Notes: a model not told the origin generated them from the sequence alone. A stretch of DNA of 64,000 nucleotides from Azolla caroliniana (GCA_043228905.1 JBHGNT010000015.1:18104001-18168000), one strand, 5' to 3'; counted from the stretch's first letter, positions 48,564-60,814 are shown. Numbers and translations: made by a program.

Positions 48564-49186
48564 ATTAGTGTTAAAGCATAGATGTCCCACATAGAAAGGT
48601 AAATTCACGCTAGGATAAACATTAGAAAAACGCATAACAAAAGAAAAAGCTACACATACACATCTAGCGTGCATGATAAAAAACGCACAAGTTAGAAAAA
48701 AGCATGATCACTTTAGATAAATCATATAGTCTATCTATAGGAAAAGCATGGGGTCTATAGTTAGAGAAAAAGCATGGATTACTAAGACTTCCTCATCACT
48801 ACATAAGGATGGGAAGCACAATGTAATTATGTGTGAAATATTTGGAAATTGGATATATTTCCGAAAACACCAACCGATTAATATAATCGTGGGATTCACG
48901 AAAATAATATAATCTATACTTGTGGGATTCACAAGTTTCTTATATCTTTCTTTCAATCTAAATACATATTCTTATCTAAATATTGATTAATCGAATACAA
49001 TACACTCGTGGGATTCACGAAATTTCTATCTCTCTTTCTAATAATCTATTTATTACTAGCCTCATCTCATATTCTTCTTTCTCCTAGTCCAAAACCTCGG
49101 CGGTTCCCACCCGACTCACGCAACGATCCGGAGCCGAAAGGCACGACACAGTTAGTGAACCCGACGTGAAGGCGGGTGGCAAGGAG

Positions 49187-51217
49187 ATGGAGAATCAACA
49201 AGAGGCGATGAACATGATGATGATAATGTTTGAGCGGATGCAACAAGAACAACGTGTGATGTCGGAGATGAAGGCGGCAGTAGAGCGGCTTCTGCGACGA
49301 AACGGGGAATTCAACGGTAAGGGTGTGTCACGCTACCTACGTGAATATAAGGCGGAGATGATGCAATATCGGATACCGGAAGGATTGCAAGTGATATCCT
49401 TTAGTCGGGTGGCCTCGGACGAACTACAAGAGAGAATCCACAAGATACAACAACAAAACTCGACATGGGAGTCCTTTGAAGAAGCTTTACGGGAGGCATA
49501 TGACTATGAGAGATGGACGGGACGAGATCGACGAGAATTCGACGAATGGGTGGCGTCGGAGAAGACTCACCGAAGTGCAACGCAAGCGTTCCTAGAGTTC
49601 GAGCATCGTTTTGCTCGACTCTCGGAGCGGGAACGAAGATTGGTGGGAGAAGATAAAGTCTTAATGTTCGTAAGATCGATCGATCGGAAAGAAAGGATGG
49701 ACATTGGGATCGAACTCGAAGATGATGACGGTGCGAATGGCCTTACCGAGGATTGGGCTAAAGTCGAAAGGGTATGCCGAAGACATGATGAAAGGAAGCT
49801 GAGAATCTCGTCAACAACGACATGGCCCATGAAGGATGGTCGATTGAGGAAAAACGATGAAGCCAATATGAAGGCCGAAATACAACATGATGGTACCACG
49901 GGAGAAAGAGTGGAACAAGACACCCACTCGTCTTGTGAAAGAACGATGGTGAAGGATAAGGCCGATAATTCAAGTGTAGAAGGAAATTTCGGGATACAAG
50001 TGCCCGAGACATCGGGTCAAAAAGGGGTAAGCATAATAGATGTTTGCATAATTGATGCAGATAAAGAGTGTGAAGCGGATGTGATTAAGGAGGTAGCCAC
50101 AAAAGACGAAATCGAATCGGAGGTGGCTATGGACGAATCAATGGCGGATTGCCATATCGAGACTTCCCCACCACTGATTCCAGAGACTCCGGCGGTTGCG
50201 ATCGAAAGGCAACGTGAGACCGAAGAGACGGAAGGTGGCGGAGAGAAAACGAATGTCGAAGCCGACGAATACGATGAAGAGATAGCCGAGAAGAATGCTA
50301 AGGGTGAAACTACGAAAGAAGGTAATACCGAGGATTCATGCCAACAATATCTAGAGACTTCGGCGGTTGTGTCCGAGAACCAACGTGAGACCGGAGAGAC
50401 GGGAGATGGCGGCGAGGAAGGTAAAGTCGGATGTCGGTTCGGATGGAAAATGATCCATCCGAAATTCCAATCTAAAAGAAAGTGCGACAATGCGGAGGTC
50501 GGGTCTACGACGGGAGAAGCGCGTAATACAGAGCACGCTCTACGGCGAATAAAGAAACGCGTGTTATGGCGAATAAAGAAGCACGCGCTACGGCGAGAAA
50601 AGAAGCATGCATTACAACCACACGAGGACCGAACAACGAGCACATATCGGAGGACCTACGTGGCGAACAACGGAAAGAAGTGCCGAAAGTCGAACCGGAC
50701 AAGGCAGGTGAAAACGAAGAAAAGAAAGCAAATCCGGACGAAAAGAAAAGAAAAGAAACCGACCCGAAAGAGCACTGAATCGGTAAAAACCGATCAACCG
50801 AGTCCGGATCGACCGAATACAAATCGGAAAGGAAGCCGAACTAAACGAAAGACGATCCGACGAGACCGAATCGGAAGTAAGCTAATCCGACTAAGCCGAA
50901 AATCCGAAAAGAAGTCGAGATTGATGAAGAAAAGAAAGAGGGCAAGAAAAGATACTACCGCGGATGACAAGGACCAAGCGGGCCATGCAAAAAGCGAACG
51001 AAGACTATGGTGGATCGGATGTCGACAATGGTTCGGGTGGAAAGAATGGATGTGCTCCAAATGGAGAGACAAAGTCAACATAACAAGAGAAGTCGAGGGT
51101 ACTACGAGCCGGCAACGAAACCAATCGGGTAGAGACCGGACGGAGGAGACTAACAAACACCAACAACTTCGGCACATACCGGAGGATGTGCGGGTTTGGA
51201 GGGGGCGAGTGTCGTAG
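49187..51217 (+). CDS. Gag-like protein with acidic middle and K/R-rich C-terminus (~676 aa)
   Basis: Uninterrupted ORF; N-terminus aligns with A Gag (FNGKGVSRYL vs FDGKDATKYL; VLMFVRSID vs VLLFVKSVD; GLTEDW vs GLTIDW). Confidence 0.85.
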   Translation: MENQQEAMNMMMIMFERMQQEQRVMSEMKAAVERLLRRNGEFNGKGVSRYLREYKAEMMQYRIPEGLQVISFSRVASDELQERIHKIQQQNSTWESFEEALREAYDYERWTGRDRREFDEWVASEKTHRSATQAFLEFEHRFARLSERERRLVGEDKVLMFVRSIDRKERMDIGIELEDDDGANGLTEDWAKVERVCRRHDERKLRISSTTTWPMKDGRLRKNDEANMKAEIQHDGTTGERVEQDTHSSCERTMVKDKADNSSVEGNFGIQVPETSGQKGVSIIDVCIIDADKECEADVIKEVATKDEIESEVAMDESMADCHIETSPPLIPETPAVAIERQRETEETEGGGEKTNVEADEYDEEIAEKNAKGETTKEGNTEDSCQQYLETSAVVSENQRETGETGDGGEEGKVGCRFGWKMIHPKFQSKRKCDNAEVGSTTGEARNTEHALRRIKKRVLWRIKKHALRREKKHALQPHEDRTTSTYRRTYVANNGKKCRKSNRTRQVKTKKRKQIRTKRKEKKPTRKSTESVKTDQPSPDRPNTNRKGSRTKRKTIRRDRIGSKLIRLSRKSEKKSRLMKKRKRARKDTTADDKDQAGHAKSERRLWWIGCRQWFGWKEWMCSKWRDKVNITREVEGTTSRQRNQSGRDRTEETNKHQQLRHIPEDVRVWRGRVS

Positions 51218-51292
51218 TGTATTTTGTACACTACGTGAAAAACGTATATAGTATTAGATTCAATAAAAAATGAAGAAATAGAAGAAAATAGC

Positions 51293-51379
51293 AAAATAAA
51301 TGGAACATGCATAGGGCAAGATTCGAACCTTGCACCTCCATGTTAATAATGTAATGTCTTACCATTACACTAGCATTTC
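51293..51379 (-). promoter_or_regulatory. tRNA-like cassette in G 3' LTR
   Basis: Identical copy of 48477-48563. Confidence 0.65.
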
Positions 51380-53011
51380 ATTAGTGTTAAAGCATAGATG
51401 TCCCACATAGAAAGGTAAATTCACGCTAGGATAAACATTAGAAAAACGCATAACAAAAGAAAAAGCTACACATACACATCTAGCGTGCATGATAAAAAAC
51501 GCACAAGTTAGAAAAAAGCATGATCACTTTAGATAAATCATATAGTCTATCTATAGGAAAAGCATGGGGTCTATAGTTAGAGAAAAAGCATGGATTACTA
51601 AGACTTCCTCATCACTACATAAGGATGGGAAGCACAATGTAATTATGTGTGAAATATTTGGAAATTGGATATATTTCCGAAAACACCAACCGATTAATAT
51701 AATCGTGGGATTCATGAAAATAATATAATCTATACTTGTGGGATTCACAAGTTTCTTATATCTTTCTTTCAATCTAAATACATATTCTTATCTAAATATT
51801 GATTAATCGAATACAATACACTCGTGGGATTCACGAAATTTCTATCTCTCTTTCTAATAATCTATTTATTACTAGCCTCATCTCATATTCTTCTTTCTCC
51901 TAGTCCAAAACCTCGGCGGTTCCCACCCGACTCACGCAACGATCCGGAGCCGAAAGGCACGACACCGTGGTGCAAGGCTCCTGAGGCATATTTACACCAT
52001 TTCGTCATCCTCCACATTGACGCTTATCAAGCCCAGGGCATCACAAAGCTCCTTGGCCTTCAAGGTGTAGCTTGTAATGGACATATCCCGTTGTTAGATG
52101 TCGTTCAACTCTTGGCAGAGTTGAAGCTTTCTCGCGGTCGTGTTGGCGGCGAAAATCTTTCGAAGATTCTCCCACGCTTCCTTCGGCGTCTTGGCTTCTA
52201 GAATGTAGCCGAGCATGTGGTCGTGAACACATGTCGCCAAGCAATACATCACTCGGCTTGGCGCTTGCTCCCAAGTTGCATAGTCAGTGTCTTTCGGGTC
52301 AGGTCGGTTTGGTGCATCTTGTACTCCCAAGATGCAAAGTTGTTGTGATCCAACTTCTCGCTAGGGAGAGCGCTCCCCATTTGAGTATTCATTGTCGATT
52401 AAGCTTCCTTTCTTCTTTTCCTTCTCTCTCGAACACGAGCTATGTAGTGGTACTACGATAGCGATGAGCCGGTTCTTCTTGAACGTTGGCGTAGAGCACA
52501 ACACACAATCACGAAGAGGCGAGTGGGCTAGATCGAGCTACTAAATCGCTCTGATACCATGTAAAGAATCGATGGTTATTCTTGTGTAGTGGAAGAGATG
52601 TGTGCTATATGTATGTGTGAGAGGAATTAGAGGAGAGATGAGAGAACACAAGATAAATAGAAAAAGGAATACTCAAGAAGAAGGTGTATATTTCATAAGT
52701 AGAATAAGAATTACAAAATGTAGCATAATAAGGAGTCACAACCGACTTAGTATGAAGTATGAGGAGGGTGCTTTATTTTGAGTCACCCTCTCTCTTCATT
52801 AACTTTACAACAACCACTCTCTCTCTTGGGGAATGTGAAGACTCATAGTCATGGGGAATATGTAACTCATTAGTTATGTGTCATAGAATATGATTCTATG
52901 ACACATAGTTAATGTGTAGAGAGTAGTGGTGTGACTCTTGACCTTTGAGTAATCATAGATTCTTAAAAGGTGTATTCACACATTGTGCTATGTTGAGCTT
53001 GATTCTCAACA

Positions 53012-53246
53012 GCTATGAACAACAAACAACGTAAACAAAAAGTAGAGAGGGAGATTGAGGCTTACACAGATACGAGCTTTAATGGAAATCTTCTTATTTT
53101 CTGCACAGAGCGTTTTTTCTCAGAATTTACACTCGTCATGATCTATTACAATGTTAGATATTCACTTATGTACTAAGCCTTAACTTGTTAATTTTTTCAC
53201 ACTAGGACGGATACAAGGTGGAAGGAGTCGGCCTTTTATGCCAACA
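53012..53246 (-). repeat. Remnant of element E 5' LTR, interrupted by D2
   Basis: Aligns to 11251-11487 and ends GCCAACA followed by TSD GGAAG. Confidence 0.9.
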
Positions 53247-53800
53247 GGAAGTATGTATGTCAAAATGAAGGACAAGAAACAATTCGTCATCGACATTAGC
53301 CAAACACAAGAGTGTTTGGAAGCCGAGTTTAAATGAAGGAATTTGGGATTTTACTCTACTTCCTCGGAATGGAGGTTTGGCAAACCTTAGTCGGCGTTTT
53401 CATGTCACAATAAAAGTATGCAACAAAGATCTTGAAGACCTTTGGGATGATCGCTACAAGTCAAAGTCAACTAGGATGGAGTCAAATGGTAAGCTATCCC
53501 AAGAAGAAACTTCACCAATGGTTGACATAACGAAGCAACTTCTGGGAAGGTTAATTTTCCTGTGTGGCACTAGGATGGATATTTTCTTTGTCGTCAGTGT
53601 GGTAAACTGATTTAAGAAGCTAAAGGAGGTGTGTTATGTGTATTGAAGTAAATAGTGAGTACTTTAAATTATGGAATCTTGTACAAGCGTACAATTGACG
53701 AACTTAGTGGGTATTATGATTCAAATGGTCGAATATAGTGATTCTAAAAATCACGTTTTGAATATTTCTTTTCAATAAGTTTTGGAGCTTATGCATGGAA
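53247..53800 (+). pseudogene. Ancient Copia I, right part (RT C-terminus and start of RNase H)
   Basis: MKEFG..YFLGMEV, GRLIFLCGTRMDIFFVVSVV, LSGYYDS traces. Confidence 0.75.
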
Positions 53801-54168
53801 AACATGTTCGCATTCACAAGTGGAAGGATCGCGCATAAATGGAAGGATAAGGAATATTTTGATTAATTTTAGTACTTTTTCAATGATTTTACAAAACACA
53901 TTGATACTAGTATCATACGTGTTCAAATATACTATGAAAAAGGTTTAAAATCCACTATTTTCGTGTTTTAGTAATAAATAAAAAAAGAGGAATTTCAAAA
54001 AGTTACATTCTCAATTTATATCACAAACTTTACAACCAATGTTATTTTATAAGAAACGATTTTTTAGAAATCATAAGAATTCAAAACACATGCTTTTATA
54101 TTACTAGATTTGTTACAAGCGGAATGTAGTTACACTTAATAGCCAAAAATACATTCATGATCACTCCT

Positions 54169-55383
54169 TTACGGAGAATCACTACTATAACTAATATACA
54201 ATGACGATTCCTTCTTGTCATCCTCGGATGTACCAATCAATGCATGATCTTCGTTATAAACCAAATGGTTTGACTCTAGATTATATGTAGCAGATCTTGT
54301 TTGCCTTCGACTCGAGCCACCTTGTAGACCTGATAATTTTTCTTTTATTATATCTATTGTTGACTTCCTTAATCGTCCGGCTTTTGTAAGCGTGAAGTCG
54401 TACACGATGATATCCACATGAGAGATATCAAGGGTCGAGGTGTTACGAATGTTTCGCTTCCTCTTCCTACCTCCCCTTGTCGTTGGGCATTCAATCATCT
54501 CCAATGTATACTTACCCGTAAAAGCATTTGCACTTCTAGTGTTGTACCAATGAACTTTTATAGACTTGATCGTGTTTTCTATTTCATGCATTAGCACTTC
54601 TAGAATTTTACCAACCCAAAATTGGTGGCCATGTGAGTTCTCATCAGCAAGCGTTGCAATCAACATCCCCACCGCGAGCTCTTGCAAATTGCCTTGCCAT
54701 CTAGCTTCGACTGCTTTGGTCATCCTTGTTGTGGATGGACCAAACTGTCATTAATCGCATTTGTTGGTTGCTCTGGAGTTTTATTTACACGATCATGTTG
54801 TAGCGACCATGTGAATGGCGTTTCCAAATTCCAATTGTCACCAAATACACAATTGTCTATAATTCTTTTCTGATCACTAAAAAATAAATCCCACCATGAC
54901 GTGTCTTGTTGTGCGGGATATTTCTTTGCGGCCTCAATATGCTTTCTTTTTTCTTCTAAGGTTTGGAGCCATAATTGTTTTTGTTCCGATACCATGTCAC
55001 ATATTGGCATTTGTTTAGCTCCATGGACAATTGTACTCAGCATACAAAGTATTAACTGGCAACCACCTTGAGGTTCCCATGTTGTAGAAGATGAATATTG
55101 TTTAGCATACAAAAGCGTAGAACCACTTATTTCATTTTTCTTTATCATAAAAATGTGATTGAAGCTTATATTGTTTATTGGGCGAGAACTTTAACATTCC
55201 CAACACCCCCATCTGATATATATATCTTAAAGTCATGTACCTCCTTCAAGTGTAACACTTTTGGGCGTGGTGTATATGCATCACAAATGACATCAAATAG
55301 TTTTGGTAATGTGAAAGCATCATGCCGAGACAACTGTATGGAGAATGTGCTAAACATCTGATCTATATGATCATGTGTGTGGC
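54169..55383 (-). pseudogene. DUF7869/Sola1-like DNA transposase C-terminal half, degenerate
   Basis: (G)HTHDHIDQMFS motif followed by colinear broken ORFs 55175-55383, 54720-55148, 54169-54723; cut off by the H LTR. Confidence 0.6.
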
Positions 55384-55532
55384 TGTCAGGAGCAGTACTT
55401 AGACAGAGAAGTACTGTCAGGAACAATACTAAAATAGAGAAGGAATTAGTACTAAAAGATGAGGATTAGTACTAAGGGAGGTGTAGAACTCTCAAGAGAA
55501 GGAGAGAGTGAGATCAAGAGATAGATAGATAG

Positions 55533-55538
55533 ATAGAT

Positions 55539-55617
<79 letters not shown>
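55533..55617. repeat. (AG)n microsatellite with GATA repeats upstream, inside the H LTR
   Basis: Direct reading. Confidence 0.9.
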
Positions 55618-55622
<5 letters not shown>

Positions 55623-55644
55623 GATAAGAAAAGATATATATTAT

Positions 55645-58600
55645 TGTTGAGCGGCAAGCTCAACCAGATCCAGATTGGCTGAATAAGCTTGAGCCGGATC
55701 GGCATCCGGAAGGATGAACCAGATTGGGGAGCCGGTTAGCCGGATCCAGCAGTAACCAGAAGCCTAGTAGTAGCCTAAACTACTAGGTAGTTAATGTCTC
55801 GTAGTTAGTGTTAGACGCTCGTGTGATCATTGAAGTACATTGTACCTCTGTCAGTCCTCTTAGGACTTATATAAATAGTGCTGTTGAGCACGTTGTATGT
55901 ACAAAGTTTTAGAGTTATTTTGAATAGAGTTTTATGTTATGCTCTTTCTTTGTCTCTCTTGTGTACCCTTTGTGTGATAATCTCTCTCTCTGTTGCTACT
56001 TGGCTGGGCTGGTTTGTCTGACGCTTCCGCACATAATCTTTTACATGGTATAAGAGCTCGAGAGTTGAGAACCTCTGCAGCCGACATCAACATCTGGAGA
56101 CGAACCCAAAGACCCAGTAAGAACAGAAAGAGAAGTGATGGACAGAGGAATGGCTAACTCGCTCCCGGTGGAGAAGCTCGACAGATCCAACTACGCATCT
56201 TGGTCATACAAGATGCACCAATACCTGCTTGGGTATGGTTATTGGAGCTATGTCGACGGAGCTAACGACACAACACCTGATGCGGCACACAAGGACTTCC
56301 CAGTGTGGGAACAAGCGACAAGTAGAGTGCTTTGCATCTAGTGTTGGAGACCAACTGCTGAGCCATGTCCTAGATGCCAAGATGCCAAAAGAAGCTTGGG
56401 GAAACCTGAAGAAGGGTGTCACGGCAAGCGCTACGGCCCGAAAGCTGCAACTATGACAGGAGTTGACCAATGTCCGACAGAAGGACATGTCGGTAGCCGA
56501 TTACAGGGCCCGAATCAAAGAGATCTGTGACTCACTTGCCTCTATCGACGTCACTATAGAGGAAGATGAGATGGTGCAGATCTGTCTTGGGGGCCTAACG
56601 TCTAAGTTCAGAGCGTTCCGAACGGCGGTCTGTACGAGGGAGAATACCCCGTCCTTTTTCGACTTACAGTCAATGCTCCTTGTAGAGGAGAACCACGCTA
56701 GTGCGTCAACAAGTGCACCCACCGACAATCGAATGCTGTACACGAAGGCGGATCGGCTCGCAATGGTAGTTGCCGGCAAGAGCAGGACCAAAGGCACAGA
56801 GAACGTGCCGTTAGCAGTTCCGGACCCTCCACAAGCAGGGGGAGTCAAGGCGGTGCCGGAGGCCGGAGGCCGGCAAGCAAAGGCCGACACGAAATGCTGG
56901 TACTGTGGTAAAAAGGGCCACAGAGAAAACGAGTGCTGGAAGAAGTGCGCTGATTCGGACAAATGCGGATCCGGCAAGGCCGACAGAGAGAACCGACAAT
57001 ACTCGCACTATGCAGAAGGATCGGGAGGATCCAAAACCGGAAAAGCCGGTAAAGGGCCAACCTTGGTGATGAAACACGAGGCTAACTCGATGAAAAAGAC
57101 CACTTCCAAACCGAAGGAAGTGTGGTATGTTGATTCCGGTGTGTCGAATCACATGACGAGCCACAAAGAGTGGTTCTCCTTCTTGGAGAAACCGGAACAA
57201 TAGAGAGGAACCGGAACAATAGAGAGGAACCTTCAAAGCTTGGTTGAACGGGAAACAAAGAGGAAGATCAAGTACCTGCAGTCGGATGGCGAAAAAGAAT
57301 ATTTTTCCGGCCAATTCAACAATTATCTGCAGCAAAAAGGAATTCGAAGAGAGTTCAACTGCAGATACACACCGGAGCAAAACGGTGTGGCCGAGAGGAA
57401 GAACTGGTCGATTGTCGACGCGGTAAGGGCAATGCTAGAGGAGAAGAGCATGCCCCATTTCTACTGGGCCAAGGTGGTCAGGACGACCGTCTACATCCAA
57501 AACCGAATCGGTGACAAGGTGGCCGCGCATGAGCTGTATTTCGGGCGCAAGCCGAATATGAGTCACCTTCGGATATTCGGTAGTATTGCATATGTGCATG
57601 TGCCGGATGAGAAGCAGAGGAAGTTGGATGCAAAGTCGGAGAAATGCATCCTGGTCGGTTACTCGCATGAGCAAAAGGGGTATAAGTGTTATAATCCCCA
57701 GACGAAGTAGGTCCGAGTTAGCCGGGATGTTGAGTTTGATGAGACGGCATCATGGTATGCCTTACCGGCTCCGACTTCCGACCCCAACCCGATACCGGAG
57801 GATGAGGCTAGTGAGCCTGAACCGGTCCAGTCAGAAGACGAAGGATTCGAGACTCTAGATGTGAGTCCAGAATCGTTTCGGTTGAGTGGACCGAATGAGC
57901 GGCTGAGTCGGGATGACCAGTCAGATGAGGAACCGACGAGTAGTGGAGACTTTGCCGTGCTCTCCCTACGCAAGGAACCGAGGAGATGGTTCACGTGCAA
58001 AGAGAAGGGGAAGAAAAAGATGCCGCAATATGCAACCGGCAACGTTGAGACAGATCGGAGCGAATCCGACTTCGGAAAGGATGAAGGCAGATCTTCGGGA
58101 ACAAAGCCCAAACCGGCCAAGAAGGGCCTCAAACCGGGTAACGATAAGATACGCCGGTCTTCCCGCCAGAAGAACCCCGTGAAGCGGTATGGGTACAATG
58201 AGTACATGGTGCATCATTATGCGTACATGACTAAGGTGGCGGAAGTGCGTGAGCTGGAGAGCTACGCAAAAGCAGCAAAGGACGCAAATTGGCGTGCCGC
58301 TATGGAGGAAGAAATGCGGGCACTTGATGCCAACGACACATGGAACCTAGTTGACCCTCCCCGACACTGTAAACCGATCGGATGTAAGTGGGTGTACAAG
58401 GTAAAGTACAATGCCGACGGTTTGGTTAACCGGTACAAGGCTTGGTTAGTGGCGAAGGGATACGCGCAGACCCATAGAATCGACTACGATGAGACCTTCG
58501 CTCCGGTAGCAAAGATGACGATGGTTCGTGTGGTGCTGGCGATTGCTGCGGCAACGGGGTGGTATCTTCAATAGATGGACGTGAAGAATGCATTTCTTCA

Positions 58601-60814
58601 AGGCGATCTTGAAGAAGAGGTTTTTATGACCCAACCCCTTGGTTTCCAGTCGGAGATGAACAAGTCGGAGGTATGCCGGCTGAAGAAGGCCTGAAGCAAG
58701 CCTCCTGAGCTTGGAATGTGAAGATCATGCACCGATTGCGTAAGATGGGGTTTGAGGCCTCCAAGTCCGACTCTTCATTGTTCATCCGACAAGGTTCGGA
58801 TGGTCCGGTTTGCATTTTGCTGTACGTTGATGATCTAGTCATCACCGGACCCAGACTCGATGAAGTCAGCCGAGTCAAGTCCCAGTTGTCGGATGCATTT
58901 GAGATGAGGGACCTGGGGGACCTTCACTATTTCCTTGGGATTGAGGTGATCCGAACCCCTGACGGCATACTGCTCTCACAACGACACTATGTGTTGAATA
59001 TGCTGTACAAGTTCGGCATGACGGAATGTCGACCAATCTCCACACCCCTGGACCGGAACCAGAAGCTTTGACTCGACTCTAGACTGGCCTACGATGAGAA
59101 GCGGTTCCGACAAATCGTCGAAAGCCTTATATATTTAACAATCACCCGACCCGACATCAGTTATCCGTCGGCGTGATCAACCAATATATGTAGAAGCCGA
59201 TCGTGGAGCACCTTCTTTGTGCGCATCGAATTTTGCGATATGTGAGTGGCACAAAGGACCGGGGACTATTATATTGGCATGGTATAATCGAAGAGCTAGT
59301 CAGCTAGACTGATGCCGACTAGGCTGACGATGCATCGGATCGCCGATCCTCCTCTGGCTATATGTTTTCCCTTGGTAGCGCGGCTGTTGCGTGGAGCAGC
59401 AAAAACCAGCCAACAGTTGCCCTTTAAAGCATTGAGGCTGAATACCGGGGCGCTTTGGCAACTACTGCAAGACCTACGGATCGAGGTGCCGACCCCGATC
59501 TTGATCTACTGCGACAACATAAGCAACATGCAACTCGTCAAGAACCCCGTATTCCATGCTCGCACAAAGCACATAGAAGTGCACTACCACTTCGTGTGTG
59601 AGCGTGTCCTGAGCGGTGAAGTCGAACTTCGGTATGTTCATACGGATCGGCAAGTTGCCGACATCTTCACCAAACCACTCAGATCAGACAAGTTGCATCA
59701 CTTCACTGAAATGCTTGGTGTTCAGCATCTCGATGTGCCACACTTGAGGGGGAGAACGAGCAAAGACACTGGAACAGGCAAAGGCAAAGAAATTGTCAAT
59801 TGTGCCGGTGAGGGAAGAACCGACAAAGGGGGAGACAAGAAGAAGGAAGGAGACGAGTCGACAAAGGAAGTTGACACATCCGAACATGTCAGAACAAGCG
59901 GCAATGGCGATAGAGTGAAGAAGGACAAAGCCGACCGAAAGAAGATGGCCAAGACCCGGACATGTTCTGATGTGGTGAAGGGCCTGGAACCAGAAGACGA
60001 ATCTGGAGTGACCGATTCGGACAAGAGCTGGAACGAATCGAAGATAGCCAATTCGGTTCAACAGACGGATTCAGAAGAACCGGATCAATTCAAGGCCAAG
60101 AGGATGAGAAGACAGCGAAAGTCGACGCCAACATGAAGGAATCGGCGAATCGGCAAGTGCCGAAGTCACAACAGCGAGGGAGCTGAATTGGGCCTGTTGA
60201 GCAGACAAGCCGACCGAGGAGGTCCAGGTGCGCAGAATCAGAAGGGTCGCGGCAACCGGGACCGCACTGGACGAGGAACGTGAGCGAGGCGGAGTGACGC
60301 CAAAAGGAGCCAGGTTGAAGAACCGGCTCCCATGGAGACTAGCACTACGATCCGACCTCAAGTTGAGCTTGAGGGGGAGTGTTGAGCAACAAGCTCGACC
60401 GGATCCGGATCGGCTGAATAAGCCTGAGCCGGATCAGCATCCGAAAGGATGAGCCAGATCGGTGAGCCGGTGAGCAAGCAACCCAGTGAGCTGGGGAGCC
60501 GGTTAGCCGGATCCAACAGTAACCGGAAGCCTAGTAGCAGCCTAGACTACTAGGTAGTTAATGTCTCGTAGTTAGTGTCAGACGCTCGTGTGATCATTGA
60601 AGTACATAGTACCTTTGTCAGTCCTCTTAGGACTTATATAAATAGTGATGTTGAGCACGTTGTATGTACATAGTTTTAGAGTTATTTTGAATAGAGTTTT
60701 ATGTTATGCTCTTTCTTTGTCTCTCTTGTGTACCCTCTGTGCGATAATCTCTCTCTCTCTGTTGCTACCCAGCTAGGCCGGTTTGTTTGACGCTTCCGCA
60801 CATAATCTTTTACA
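55645..60814 (+). mobile_element. Copia element F (related to D family), internally deleted
   Basis: LTRs 55645-56045 and 60380-60814, TSD ATTAT, PBS TGGTATAAGAGC 56046-56057, PPT 60369-60379. Confidence 0.95.
56138..60136 (+). pseudogene. Element F polyprotein with stops, frameshifts and a PR-IN deletion
   Basis: KLDRSNYASW, CWYCGKKGHRENEC, WYVDSG, PEQNGVAE, LYVDDL, TKHIEVHYHF. Confidence 0.93.

Larger units (their letters stand above)
48394..51964 (+). mobile_element. Non-autonomous Gag-only LTR element G (TR-GAG-like)
   Basis: 755-bp LTRs 48394-49148 and 51210-51964 (one difference spotted), TSD CCGT, tRNA-Trp PBS 49153-49170, PPT GGAGGGGGCGAG before 51210; no PR/RT/IN. Confidence 0.95.
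23876..53011 (-). mobile_element. Copia element D2 (same family as D1), 3'-truncated, split by B, A and G
   Basis: 5' LTR 52560-53011 is the reverse complement of the D1 LTR; PBS revcomp GCTCTGATACCA 52548-52559; coding pieces 51965-52392, 47875-48393, 39388-40537, 23876-25036 colinear with D1. Confidence 0.93.
11204..53246 (-). mobile_element. Copia element E (Tork/Tnt1-like), expanded to 42 kb by nested insertions
   Basis: LTR 11204-11487 matches 53012-53246; TSD GGAAG at 11199-11203 and 53247-53251; removing it rejoins host RT frame DGS|MYVK. Confidence 0.9.

Noticed and set aside
49187-51217. Envelope-like gene in G
   Set aside because: No signal peptide or transmembrane segment; N-terminus is clearly Gag-related
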